From the NCBI GenBank assembly GCA_963785835.1, contig CAWAWO010000004.1:204706-268705 (forward strand): DNA of 64,000 nt, in the 5' to 3' direction. The position numbers and the translations under genes were made by a program. The notes beneath the pieces were generated by a model, which saw nothing but the letters and a program-made list of their open reading frames with translations, had not been told where the DNA came from and did no database searches. The first letter of the stretch is position 1, and each line of letters begins with the position of its first letter. This stretch comes from an uncultured Actinomycetes bacterium (GTDB taxonomy: Bacteria; Actinomycetota; UBA4738; HRBIN12). Shown here one piece after another: positions 28,098 to 36,426 of this stretch.

Positions 28098-28859
28098 GTG
28101 CTCGGAGCGTCCGCGACGACCTGGACGGCGACGATCCTGTCCGTCCTCGCCGTCAGTGCGATCGCGTTCGTCGGGATCTTCGTCCTCGTCGTTCGGGAGA
28201 ACCTCCTGCGCCGCGTCGTGCCGGTTCTGGTCGGATTCGCGGTCGGAGCGCTGCTCGGGGACGCGCTGTTCCACATCATCCCCGAGCTCGCGGAGGACGG
28301 GGGTATCACGGTCGCGATCTCGTGGATCATGGCGCTCGCGATCATCGGGTTCTTCGTGCTCGAGAAGTTCATCCACATGCACCACCGGCTCGAGGCGCCG
28401 GCACACGGGCACATCAAGCCGATCGTCCTGACGAACCTCCTCGGAGACGGGATCCACAACTTCGTGGACGGCGCGATCATCGCGGGTGCGTACCTGGCGA
28501 ACGTGTCGCTCGGGCTCGCGACCACCGCCGCGGTCGTGCTCCACGAGATCCCGCAGGAGATGGGCGACCTCGGCGTCCTCGTGCACGCGGGGCTCACGCC
28601 CAAGCGCGCGCTCGTCTACAACTTCGCGACCGCGCTCACCGCCGTCGCGGGAGCCGTGCTCACGCTGCTGCTGGCGGATGCGGTCGGCGGCGTCACGAGG
28701 TCGATGCTCGCGCTCTCGGCCGGGGCGTTCATCTACATCGCCGGCGCGGACCTGATACCGGAGCTCCATCGCGCGACCGACCTTCGGGCCTCGATCCTTC
28801 AGTTCCTCGCCGTCGTTGCGGGATTCGCCGTGATGGCGGCGCTCCTTGTCCTCGAGTAG
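28098..28859 (+). CDS. ZIP-family divalent metal (zinc) transporter
   Basis: 253 aa with HNFVDG and HEIPQEMGDLGVL motifs. Confidence 0.9.
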   Translation: MLGASATTWTATILSVLAVSAIAFVGIFVLVVRENLLRRVVPVLVGFAVGALLGDALFHIIPELAEDGGITVAISWIMALAIIGFFVLEKFIHMHHRLEAPAHGHIKPIVLTNLLGDGIHNFVDGAIIAGAYLANVSLGLATTAAVVLHEIPQEMGDLGVLVHAGLTPKRALVYNFATALTAVAGAVLTLLLADAVGGVTRSMLALSAGAFIYIAGADLIPELHRATDLRASILQFLAVVAGFAVMAALLVLE

Positions 28860-28864
28860 CGCTC

Positions 28865-29245
28865 TCAGCCCTTCCCGCCACTGCGCGTCGCGTGGTCCAG
28901 TGCCCGGCGGATCGCGCCGGGGCCGAACCCGAGCTGCCGACCACGGCGCGCGAACGCGTCCGCGGCCTCGGCGAGGCGGCGCTCCCGCTCCGGAACGCGT
29001 TCGGGAAGCCGCTCGGCGACGAACGTCCCGTGACGGCCCCGCCCGACCAGCAACCCTTCGCGCTCGAGCGTTCGATACGCCTTCGCGACGGTGTTCGGCG
29101 ACAGATCCAGGTCTGCGGCGAGCGCTCGGACCGGCGGCAGGCGCTCTCCGGCGGCGACCGACCCCCGAAGGATCCGCTCGCGGATCGCCGCGACGAGCCG
29201 CTCCGACGCGGGGCGCGTCGACTCCGTCGCCAGGGTGATGCGCAC
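28865..29245 (-). CDS. GntR-family transcriptional regulator (short, YtrA-like)
   Basis: 126 aa with winged-HTH block GERLPPVRALAADLDLSPNTVAKAYRTLEREGLL. Confidence 0.85.
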   Translation of the reverse strand: MRITLATESTRPASERLVAAIRERILRGSVAAGERLPPVRALAADLDLSPNTVAKAYRTLEREGLLVGRGRHGTFVAERLPERVPERERRLAEAADAFARRGRQLGFGPGAIRRALDHATRSGGKG

Positions 29246-29295
29246 GACCGCATCATCCCCCGCCGTCGCCGAACCGCCGTGTAACGTGCTCGCCG

Positions 29296-30348
29296 ATGAG
29301 CGTCCGCGTCGGCATCGGCCTGTTCACGGCGCAGCTTCCCGACGGATCGCCACGCTCGTTCGCGCAGGAGTACCGGGAGACGCTCGAGCTCGTCCGGCTC
29401 GCCGAGCAGGTCGGGTTCGACTCGGCCTGGGTGAGCGAGCATCACGGATCGTCCGACGGCTACCTCCCCTCGCTCCTCCCGATGCTCGCCGCGTTCGCGG
29501 CCGCGACCGAGGAGATCGAGCTCGGCACCGGTGTCGTGCTGACGCCGCTGCACGACCCCCTTCGGCTGGCCGAGGACGCCGCCGTCGTGGATCAGCTCTC
29601 GGGAGGGCGACTGATCCTCGGGCTCGGCAACGGCTCGCGCGACGAGGAGTTCCGCATGTTCGGCGCGCCGACGGGCGAGCGAGGGGTCCGGACGGAGGAA
29701 ACGATCGAGATCCTGCGGCGGGCGTGGAGCGGCCGCCGGTTCTCGTTCGAAGGCCGTGTGCTCCGGTACGACCGCGTGAAGGTCACCCCGCCGCCGGCAC
29801 GACCCGAGGGGCCGCCGATCCTGCTCGGCGGGTACGCCGAACGCGCCGTCGCCCGCGCGGGGCGCATCGCCGACGGCTACATCACCGACGAAACGGGCCC
29901 GGACGAGGTCCGCGAGAACCTCGCGATCATGGATGGAGCGGCGCAGGGCGTCGGTCGTGAAACGAGCGGGCTGTCGATCGCGCTGCTCCAGAACGTGTTC
30001 GTGTGGCGCGACGGCGAGCCGTGGACCGACGGTCACCCGTGGGCGACGGTCCGAGCCGGCGTCGCGCAGCAGCTCGGGGCGTACGAGGCGTGGGACGCCG
30101 GCGCCGACACGCCCGACCTCGACCACCTCGATCCCGTGTCGCCTTCGGACGAGGACCTCCGGCTCTCGACGCCGGCGGGATCTCCCGAGGAGGTCGTTGG
30201 GGCCCTGCTACCCATCGTGCGCGAACTCGGAGACCGCGACCTGCACCTGGTCGTTCGGCTCCACTACCCGGGGATGGATCTCGAGACGGCAGCGCGCGCC
30301 GTCGAGCTGTTCGCGGCGGAGGTCCTGCCTGTCCTCAAGCCGAACTGA
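29296..30348 (+). CDS. LLM-class (luciferase-like) flavin/F420-dependent oxidoreductase
   Basis: 350 aa with GFDSAWVSEHH, LGTGVVLTPLHDPLRLAED and GRLILGLGNG. Confidence 0.85.
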   Translation: MSVRVGIGLFTAQLPDGSPRSFAQEYRETLELVRLAEQVGFDSAWVSEHHGSSDGYLPSLLPMLAAFAAATEEIELGTGVVLTPLHDPLRLAEDAAVVDQLSGGRLILGLGNGSRDEEFRMFGAPTGERGVRTEETIEILRRAWSGRRFSFEGRVLRYDRVKVTPPPARPEGPPILLGGYAERAVARAGRIADGYITDETGPDEVRENLAIMDGAAQGVGRETSGLSIALLQNVFVWRDGEPWTDGHPWATVRAGVAQQLGAYEAWDAGADTPDLDHLDPVSPSDEDLRLSTPAGSPEEVVGALLPIVRELGDRDLHLVVRLHYPGMDLETAARAVELFAAEVLPVLKPN

Positions 30349-30381
30349 CCGAGGCGGGCCGACCACGTACACCTCCGCCGA

Positions 30382-31278
30382 TCAATCGGCGAGCCGAACG
30401 CGGCCTCGGGCCGAGCCGGCGATCGCGGCGGGACCGGCGGAGACGATCCCGTCACGCGCCAGGGTGGCGACGGCTTGTCCCACGCGGTCGGCCGCGAACC
30501 CCGTCTCGGCGACGAGACGCCCGAGCGAGAGCGACTCGCGGGAACGCAGGACCCGGACGATCGCGCCGCGGACCTCTCGCGTCGAGCCTTCGAACCGCCC
30601 TTGCTTCCGACGAGGAGGGCGAACAGGCAGACCCGCCGCTCGGAACCGGCACACGTTCGCGAGCGGGCAGACGTCACACCGCGGTCGCGGGCGGCACACC
30701 TCGCGGCCGAGGTCCATCAGGGCCTGGTTCCAGCGGCCGGGGTCGTCGGGATCGAGCCAGGCACCGGCGAGCTCAGCCACCTCGAGGGCGGATGCGCCGT
30801 CGCCCTCGACGCCGATGTGCACCCTGGCGACGATCCGCCGCACGTTGGTGTCGATCGCCGGAACCGCGATGCCGAACGCGATCGAGGCCACCGCGGCCGA
30901 GGTGTAGGGACCGACGCCCGGCAGACGGCGCAGGAGAACTGGGTCGGCCGGGACGCGGCCACCGTGTTCGCGGACGACGATGCGAGCGCCGTCGGAGAGC
31001 GCGACGGCACGACGGTGATAGCCGAGACCGTCCCACGCCCGCAGGACGTCGCGCCGGGCCGCCGCCGCGAGGGCCGTCACCGAGGGGAACCGCTCCACGA
31101 ACGCCTGGTACGCGGGCGCGACCCGAGCCGCTTGCGTCTGCTGCAGCATCACCTCGGAGACCCAGACGCGGTACGGATCCCGGTCGGATCGCCAAGGGTA
31201 GGCTCGCGTCCTCGGCAGGTACCAGGCGAGCACTGCTTCCCGGTCGTCTCGACGCGGGCTACGCTGTGGCGAGGCCAT
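30382..31278 (-). CDS. mutY: A/G-specific adenine DNA glycosylase
   Basis: PYRVWVSEVMLQQTQ, LPGVGPYTSAAV, DTNVRRIV and a 4Fe-4S cysteine cluster CRPRPRCDVCPLANVC. Start ATG 31278 is assumed. Confidence 0.85.
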   Translation of the reverse strand: MASPQRSPRRDDREAVLAWYLPRTRAYPWRSDRDPYRVWVSEVMLQQTQAARVAPAYQAFVERFPSVTALAAAARRDVLRAWDGLGYHRRAVALSDGARIVVREHGGRVPADPVLLRRLPGVGPYTSAAVASIAFGIAVPAIDTNVRRIVARVHIGVEGDGASALEVAELAGAWLDPDDPGRWNQALMDLGREVCRPRPRCDVCPLANVCRFRAAGLPVRPPRRKQGRFEGSTREVRGAIVRVLRSRESLSLGRLVAETGFAADRVGQAVATLARDGIVSAGPAAIAGSARGRVRLAD

Positions 31279-31645
31279 GACCATCGTGCGAGACATCATG
31301 AGCAAGGACATCGTCGCGGTCGAGCCCGCCTCGACCGTCGCCGAGGCTGCGACCCTGATGGGCGAACGTCACGTCGGCTCGGCGCTCGTCCTGGACGGCG
31401 GGCGGGCGGCCGGGATCTTCACCGAGCGCGACATCCTGCGCGCCCTGGCGAGCGACTTCGACGCAGCGCACCACCCGGTCGCCGATTGGATGACGCACGA
31501 TCCCATGACGGTGGACGCGGAGACGGACGTCAGGGTCGCCCGCGACCTGATGCTGGCGGGCGGGTTCCGTCACCTGCCCGTGACCCTCGACGGCGACCTC
31601 GTCGGGATCGTCTCGATCCGCGACATCTCCCGAGCCGGGCCCTGA
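31277..31645 (+). CDS. CBS-pair domain protein
   Basis: 122 aa: MTIVRDIMSKDIVAVEP...GIFTERDILRA...HLPV...LVGIVSIRDI. Confidence 0.8.
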   Translation: MTIVRDIMSKDIVAVEPASTVAEAATLMGERHVGSALVLDGGRAAGIFTERDILRALASDFDAAHHPVADWMTHDPMTVDAETDVRVARDLMLAGGFRHLPVTLDGDLVGIVSIRDISRAGP

Positions 31646-31652
31646 TCCCGCC

Positions 31653-31841
31653 TTAGAAGCCGGGCCTCCCGCGCTCGGGCAGATCGTCGGCGGCGTCCTT
31701 CAGCGCCTTCCACACATCGCGGAAGAGATCCCCGGCGAACGTGGCGGGCTGGCTGTTCTCACCGCCCATCGATCCGCGAACCGCGGACGCCGTGATCTCC
31801 ACGGCCTTCTCGAACAGCGCCCAATCCAGCTCTCGTGCCAT
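31653..31841 (-). CDS. small hypothetical protein (62 aa)
   Basis: ATG 31841 lies 11 nt after GGAGGG, with high GC3, directly downstream of the acyl-CoA dehydrogenase gene. Confidence 0.4.
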   Translation of the reverse strand: MARELDWALFEKAVEITASAVRGSMGGENSQPATFAGDLFRDVWKALKDAADDLPERGRPGF

Positions 31842-31894
31842 CGGTGTTCGGCCCTCCGGGTCGTGTGGTGGCGAACAGGCTACCGTCCGCCGGG

Positions 31895-33064
31895 TCACTC
31901 GTAAGCGCGCAGTCCCGTCAGAGCCTCGCCGAGGATCAGCGTGTGGATCTCGGTCGTGCCCTCGTACGTGAGGACCGACTCGAGGTTGTTCATGTGGCGG
32001 ATCACCGGGTACTCGAGCGTGATCCCGCTCGCGCCTAGGATCGAGCGAGCCTCCCGGGCGATCTCGAGCGCTTCGCGCACGTTGTTGAGTTTGCCGAGAC
32101 TCACCTGCTGCGGTCGCAGTCGGTCCTCGTCCTTCAGTCGCCCGAGGTGCAGCGCGAGCAGCGTGCCCTTGCTCAGCTCGACGACCATGTCCGCGAGCTT
32201 TCGCTGCGTGAGCTGGAACCCGCCGATCGGGCGGCCCCACTGCACCCGCGTCGTCGCGTACTCGAGCGCGGACTCGAAACACGCACGCGCGGCTCCCATC
32301 GCCCCCCACACGATGCCGAACCGAGCCTCGGAGAGACACGACAGGGGCCCCTTGATGCCGGTCACGCCCGGCAGCACGGAATCGTCGGGCACGCGGACCT
32401 CATCGAGCACCAGCTCCGAGGTGACGGATGCCCGCAGCGACAGCTTGCGATGGATGTCGTTGGCCGAGAATCCCGCGGAGTCCGTCGGCACGAGGAACCC
32501 TCGGATCCCGTCGTCGGTCGTGGCCCACACGACGGCGAGATCCGCCACGCCGCCGTTGGTGATCCACATCTTGGTCCCCGTAAGGACCCATTCGTCCCCG
32601 TCGCGGCTGGCCCTCGTCTGCATCCGTGCGGGATCCGAGCCAGCGTCCGGTTCGGTGAGGCCGAAGCACCCGATCACCTCCCCGCGGGCCATCGGCGGGA
32701 GCCAGCGCTGCTTCTGCTCCTCCGAGCCGTACTTCCAGATCGGGAACATGCAGAGCGAGCCCTGGACGCTGACGAACGACCGGAACCCGCTGTCCCCGGC
32801 CTCGAGCTCCAGACAGGCCAGTCCGTAGCTCACCGCGTTCGAACCGGCGCACTCGTAGCCGGTGAGGTGCATCCCGAGCAGCCCCATGGCGCCGAGCTCC
32901 TTGGCCACCTCGACAGGGAACTCGCCTGCCTCGAACCATCCTTCGATGCCGGGGAGGACCCGGTCCTCGACCCATCCACGGACGGTGTCTCGGATCGCCC
33001 GCTCCTCGTCGGAGAGCAGCCGCTCCAGGTCGAGGAAATCCGAAGGAAGGGGTGATTCGCCCAT
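31895..33064 (-). CDS. acyl-CoA dehydrogenase, glutaryl-CoA-dehydrogenase-like
   Basis: 389 aa with CFGLTEPDAGSDPARMQT, GTKMWITNGGVADLAVVWA and YEGTTEIHTLILG. Confidence 0.9.
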   Translation of the reverse strand: MGESPLPSDFLDLERLLSDEERAIRDTVRGWVEDRVLPGIEGWFEAGEFPVEVAKELGAMGLLGMHLTGYECAGSNAVSYGLACLELEAGDSGFRSFVSVQGSLCMFPIWKYGSEEQKQRWLPPMARGEVIGCFGLTEPDAGSDPARMQTRASRDGDEWVLTGTKMWITNGGVADLAVVWATTDDGIRGFLVPTDSAGFSANDIHRKLSLRASVTSELVLDEVRVPDDSVLPGVTGIKGPLSCLSEARFGIVWGAMGAARACFESALEYATTRVQWGRPIGGFQLTQRKLADMVVELSKGTLLALHLGRLKDEDRLRPQQVSLGKLNNVREALEIAREARSILGASGITLEYPVIRHMNNLESVLTYEGTTEIHTLILGEALTGLRAYE

Positions 33065-33071
33065 GGCGCTT

Positions 33072-33084
33072 CGCTAGCCTAGCG
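33072..33084. promoter_or_regulatory. perfect 13-bp palindrome CGCTAG-C-CTAGCG in a divergent intergenic region (candidate operator)
   Basis: Read directly from the sequence. It lies 8-20 nt upstream of the acyl-CoA dehydrogenase ATG and 73 nt upstream of the MBOAT ATG. Confidence 0.3.
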
Positions 33085-33156
33085 GTGGACCGAACCCCAT
33101 GGCCGGCCCATCGGTCTGATGGACGGGGGCGAACCGGGAGCGCCCGCGAACCGAAG

Positions 33157-34569
33157 ATGCTGTTTCCGACGACCGATTTCGCGTTGTTCTTCGTGGTCGT
33201 CTTCGTGCTGCACTGGCTCCTCAACCCGCACCACACCCTGTGGAAGTGGTTCATCCTCGCCGCGAGCTTCTTCTTCTACGGGTGGTGGGACCCGCGGCTC
33301 GTGTGGCTGCTCGTGCTCGTCAGCACGCTCGCTTGGGTGTCAGCGCTCTGGGTCGAGGTCGCGGCGGACGATCGACGGCGACGGCGACGGGCGCTCATCG
33401 CCGTCGTGGTGCTGCTCCTGCCGCTCGCGTGGTTCAAGTACTACGGGTTCTTCGCGCTGAGCACCGCGAACGCGTTCGAGTCGATCGGCTTCTCTCCGCC
33501 GCTCCCCCTGTTGCAGGTCCTGCTTCCGATCGGGATCTCCTTCTACACGTTCATGGCGATCAGCTACGTCGTCGACGTGTCGCGGTACGAGATCGTGCCG
33601 TCGGGATGGCTGGACGTCTCGGTGTACCTCGCGTTCTTCCCGCACCTGATCGCCGGGCCGATCGTGCGAGGCAACGAGCTGATCCCGCAGATCCGCCGCC
33701 GCCGCGATCCCCGGGTGATCGACGCCTCGCGCGCGCTGTTCCTGATCTTCGCCGGGCTCTTCAAGAAGATCGTGATCTCGAGCTACCTGGCGACGCAGCT
33801 CGTCGATCCGGTGTTCGGCGCCCCGAACGCGCACGGCGGGCTCGAGGTCCTGATCGCGATCTACGCGTACGCCGTCGTCATCTACGCGGACTTCAGCGCG
33901 TACAGCGATATCGCGATCGGCGTGGCGTTGCTGCTCGGCTTCAGGTTCCCGGAGAACTTCGACCGGCCCTACACCGCGACCTCGCTCCGGGACTTCTGGC
34001 GGCGGTGGCACATGACGCTGTCCCGGTGGCTGCGGGACTACCTCTACATCCCGCTCGGGGGGAGCGAGCACGGAGATACCAGGACGGCGATCAACATCAT
34101 GATCACGATGTTGCTGGGCGGCCTGTGGCACGGCGCCGGCTGGACGTTCGTCGCGTGGGGCGCCTTCCACGGCATCGGGCAGGTGATCGGCCGGTGGCGG
34201 ATCCGGCGGAACGCCGCGCTGGCGGCCCCGGCGACCGGCTGGATCCTCGCGAGGCAGCGGATCGTCACGTTCCACCTGGTGTGCTTCGGATGGGTGCTGT
34301 TCAGGGCGGATTCGATCGGCTCAGCGTTCGAGCTCCTCGCCCGCCTGGCCTCGCCCGGTTCGCTCACGCTGGTCACACCACTGGTCCTGCTCGCGATCGC
34401 CGGCTCGATCGGCGTGCAGTACCTGCCCCGCGAACCGGCCGCGCGCCTTCGCGACGCGTTCTCGCGCCTCGGGCCCGTGCTGCAGGGCGCGTCGCTCGCG
34501 GTCGTCCTGTTCCTGATCACGACGCTCGGGCCCGGCGGCGTGAGCCCGTTCATCTACTTCCGGTTCTGA
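33157..34569 (+). CDS. MBOAT-family membrane O-acyltransferase (AlgI/DltB/PatA-like)
   Basis: 470 aa, polytopic, with FYTFMAISYVVD, FW.RWHMTLSRWLRDYLYIPLGG and the conserved His in GGLWHGAGWTF. Confidence 0.9.
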   Translation: MLFPTTDFALFFVVVFVLHWLLNPHHTLWKWFILAASFFFYGWWDPRLVWLLVLVSTLAWVSALWVEVAADDRRRRRRALIAVVVLLLPLAWFKYYGFFALSTANAFESIGFSPPLPLLQVLLPIGISFYTFMAISYVVDVSRYEIVPSGWLDVSVYLAFFPHLIAGPIVRGNELIPQIRRRRDPRVIDASRALFLIFAGLFKKIVISSYLATQLVDPVFGAPNAHGGLEVLIAIYAYAVVIYADFSAYSDIAIGVALLLGFRFPENFDRPYTATSLRDFWRRWHMTLSRWLRDYLYIPLGGSEHGDTRTAINIMITMLLGGLWHGAGWTFVAWGAFHGIGQVIGRWRIRRNAALAAPATGWILARQRIVTFHLVCFGWVLFRADSIGSAFELLARLASPGSLTLVTPLVLLAIAGSIGVQYLPREPAARLRDAFSRLGPVLQGASLAVVLFLITTLGPGGVSPFIYFRF

Positions 34570-34713
34570 GGGAACGATGCAAACGCTCGAGCGACCCCGC
34601 ACCCGTCGAGACCCCGAAGGCAGGGAGGACGCGTCCGACGGCGTGCGGATCGGTCGCCGCGTACGCCACGGGCGCCGCGAGCGACGGAACCGCGGCGAAC
34701 GCCGGCCGGGAAC

Positions 34714-35787
34714 GTGCTGATCACGATGGTCGTCTGCCTCGTGCTCTGGACGTTCCTCGCGGCGCCGAACCTGGAACGCGGCGCCGAGGCCGGACCGGTC
34801 GGCGCGCGGCGATCCGCCGCCCTGGTCGTCCTTCGCCCGGTCGCCTCGCTGTCCCGGTTCCTGTTCCTGTCGGACGCCACGGGTTCGGTCGAGCGGGCAC
34901 TCGGCCAGGACCCGGACGCCCCCGCCGGGGGCGAGCTCGTCCTGCCCGAGCTCGACCTGCCACCCATCGCGAGCCTCCCGCGCGCCGAGCCCTCGTCGCC
35001 TCCGTCAGAGCCCGACGAGGAGCCCACCTCACCGTCGCCCGGAGGCGCCGGCGGGCCGGAGTCCCCGGGCGAACCCGAGCAGCCGGCCGAGGAGACCGTC
35101 GAACCCACGGGCATCCGGGTCCCGACGCGATCGAACAAGCTCCGCGTCGCCGTGATCGGCGATTCGCTCTCGCAGGGTCTCGGCCCCGCGGTCGAGCAGT
35201 GGTTCGACCCGGACTTCGCCCGGGTGCTCTCCCTCGGACGTCAATCGACCGGCCTGTCGCGACAGGACTACTTCAACTGGCAGGCCGGCATGCGCCAGAT
35301 CGTCGATGAGTTCCGTCCGGACCTGGTGTTCGTGATGCTCGGCAGCAACGACGCGCAGGCACAGGTCTCACCGACAGGCTCGGAGATCCCGGTCGGAAGC
35401 TTCGAGTGGGTCCAGGGGTATCGACAGGCTGCTTCCCGCCTGCTTCGCGAGGCTACGGAGGCCGGAACCCACGTCGTGTGGGTCGGGATCCCCGTCGTGT
35501 CTGAACGGTGGCGCTGGGAGTTCTATCGACGCGTGAACGACATCTACCGCGACGCCGCGGCCACGAGCCCCCTCGGAACCTACGTGGACTCCTGGTCGGC
35601 CTTCGATGCGAAGGACGGCGGGTACACGTCGTACCTACGGAACGAGCGAGGCGAGCTCCAGGACATGCGGGCCGAGGACGGCATCCACTTCACGCCGACC
35701 GGCTACGGATACCTCGGTCGGATCGCGATCCGGGCGGCCGCCGCCGAATTCGAACTCCCGCAGAAGGCCGTGAGCTTCCGGGTCTAG
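34714..35787 (+). CDS. SGNH/GDSL hydrolase-fold protein (DUF459-like partner of MBOAT)
   Basis: Block I VAVIGDSLSQGLG, block V EDGIHFT, an N-terminal TM and a Pro/Glu-rich linker. ATG 34577 sits just after GAGGGA and encodes a basic tail, but is one base out of frame, ending at TGA 34718-34720. The gene probably starts there, with an indel near 34708-34712. Confidence 0.8.
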   Translation: MLITMVVCLVLWTFLAAPNLERGAEAGPVGARRSAALVVLRPVASLSRFLFLSDATGSVERALGQDPDAPAGGELVLPELDLPPIASLPRAEPSSPPSEPDEEPTSPSPGGAGGPESPGEPEQPAEETVEPTGIRVPTRSNKLRVAVIGDSLSQGLGPAVEQWFDPDFARVLSLGRQSTGLSRQDYFNWQAGMRQIVDEFRPDLVFVMLGSNDAQAQVSPTGSEIPVGSFEWVQGYRQAASRLLREATEAGTHVVWVGIPVVSERWRWEFYRRVNDIYRDAAATSPLGTYVDSWSAFDAKDGGYTSYLRNERGELQDMRAEDGIHFTPTGYGYLGRIAIRAAAAEFELPQKAVSFRV

Positions 35788-35800
35788 TTCCCCGATCCGG

Positions 35801-35827
35801 TGTCGAGAACGGGCGCCCCCGTTCGTC
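35801..35827 (+). promoter_or_regulatory. candidate ECF42-type promoter (TGTCGA-N17-CGTC) upstream of the DGPF gene
   Basis: TGTCGA 35801-35806, 17-nt spacer, CGTC 35824-35827, about 90 nt upstream of the YciI/DGPF ATG. It matches my recollection of the -35/-10 motif published for ECF42 targets. Confidence 0.45.
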
Positions 35828-35916
35828 GGTAGGGTGGAGCGGCCATCCGGACCGCCGACCGTACGGGCTCGAGAGAGCGCGAGCACGCGGGCCCCCTGAA
35901 GAGGAAAGGAGGCGGG

Positions 35917-36294
35917 ATGCAGTACATCCTGCTGATCTACGGTGACGAGAACGCTCAGGCCGACGCCTCGCCAGAGGAGCAGGCCAAGGGCATGCAAGAG
36001 TGGGTCGACTACACCCGGTGGCTGAAGGACAAGGGGTTCTACCTGGCCGGAGACGCCCTCCACCCGACCTCCCAGGCCACGACGGTTCGCCGCGGCGAGG
36101 GGAAGACCCTGACCACGGACGGCCCGTTCGCCGAGACCCACGAGCAGCTCGGCGGGTACTACCTGGTCGAGTGCAAGGACCTGGACGAGGCGATCGAGGC
36201 GAGCGCGAAGATGCCGATCCACGCCGGCTCGATCGAGATCCGTCCCGTCATGGTCTTCGACGAGATGGGCCAGGCCGGGCAGCCGACCTCCTAG
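35917..36294 (+). CDS. YciI/DGPF-domain protein
   Basis: 125 aa with strong RBS GAAAGGAGG. Contains MQYILLIY and TTDGPFAETHEQLGGYYLVE. Confidence 0.85.
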   Translation: MQYILLIYGDENAQADASPEEQAKGMQEWVDYTRWLKDKGFYLAGDALHPTSQATTVRRGEGKTLTTDGPFAETHEQLGGYYLVECKDLDEAIEASAKMPIHAGSIEIRPVMVFDEMGQAGQPTS

Positions 36295-36426
36295 ACCGGC
36301 TCAGGAGCTCCCGTCGTCGAGACCGCCACCGCTGAGGTCGTCGATCGCCTGTTCCGCGCGGAGCAGGGACGGGCGGTCGCGACCCTGATCCGCATCCTCG
36401 GCGAGTTCGACCTGGCGGAGGACGCG

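Noticed and set aside
35807-35824. Hairpin GAACGGG-cgcc-CCCGTTC after the SGNH gene, read as a terminator
   Set aside because: The stem is short with no U-tract, and the hairpin coincides exactly with the spacer of the candidate ECF42 promoter. I kept the promoter reading and did not call a terminator.
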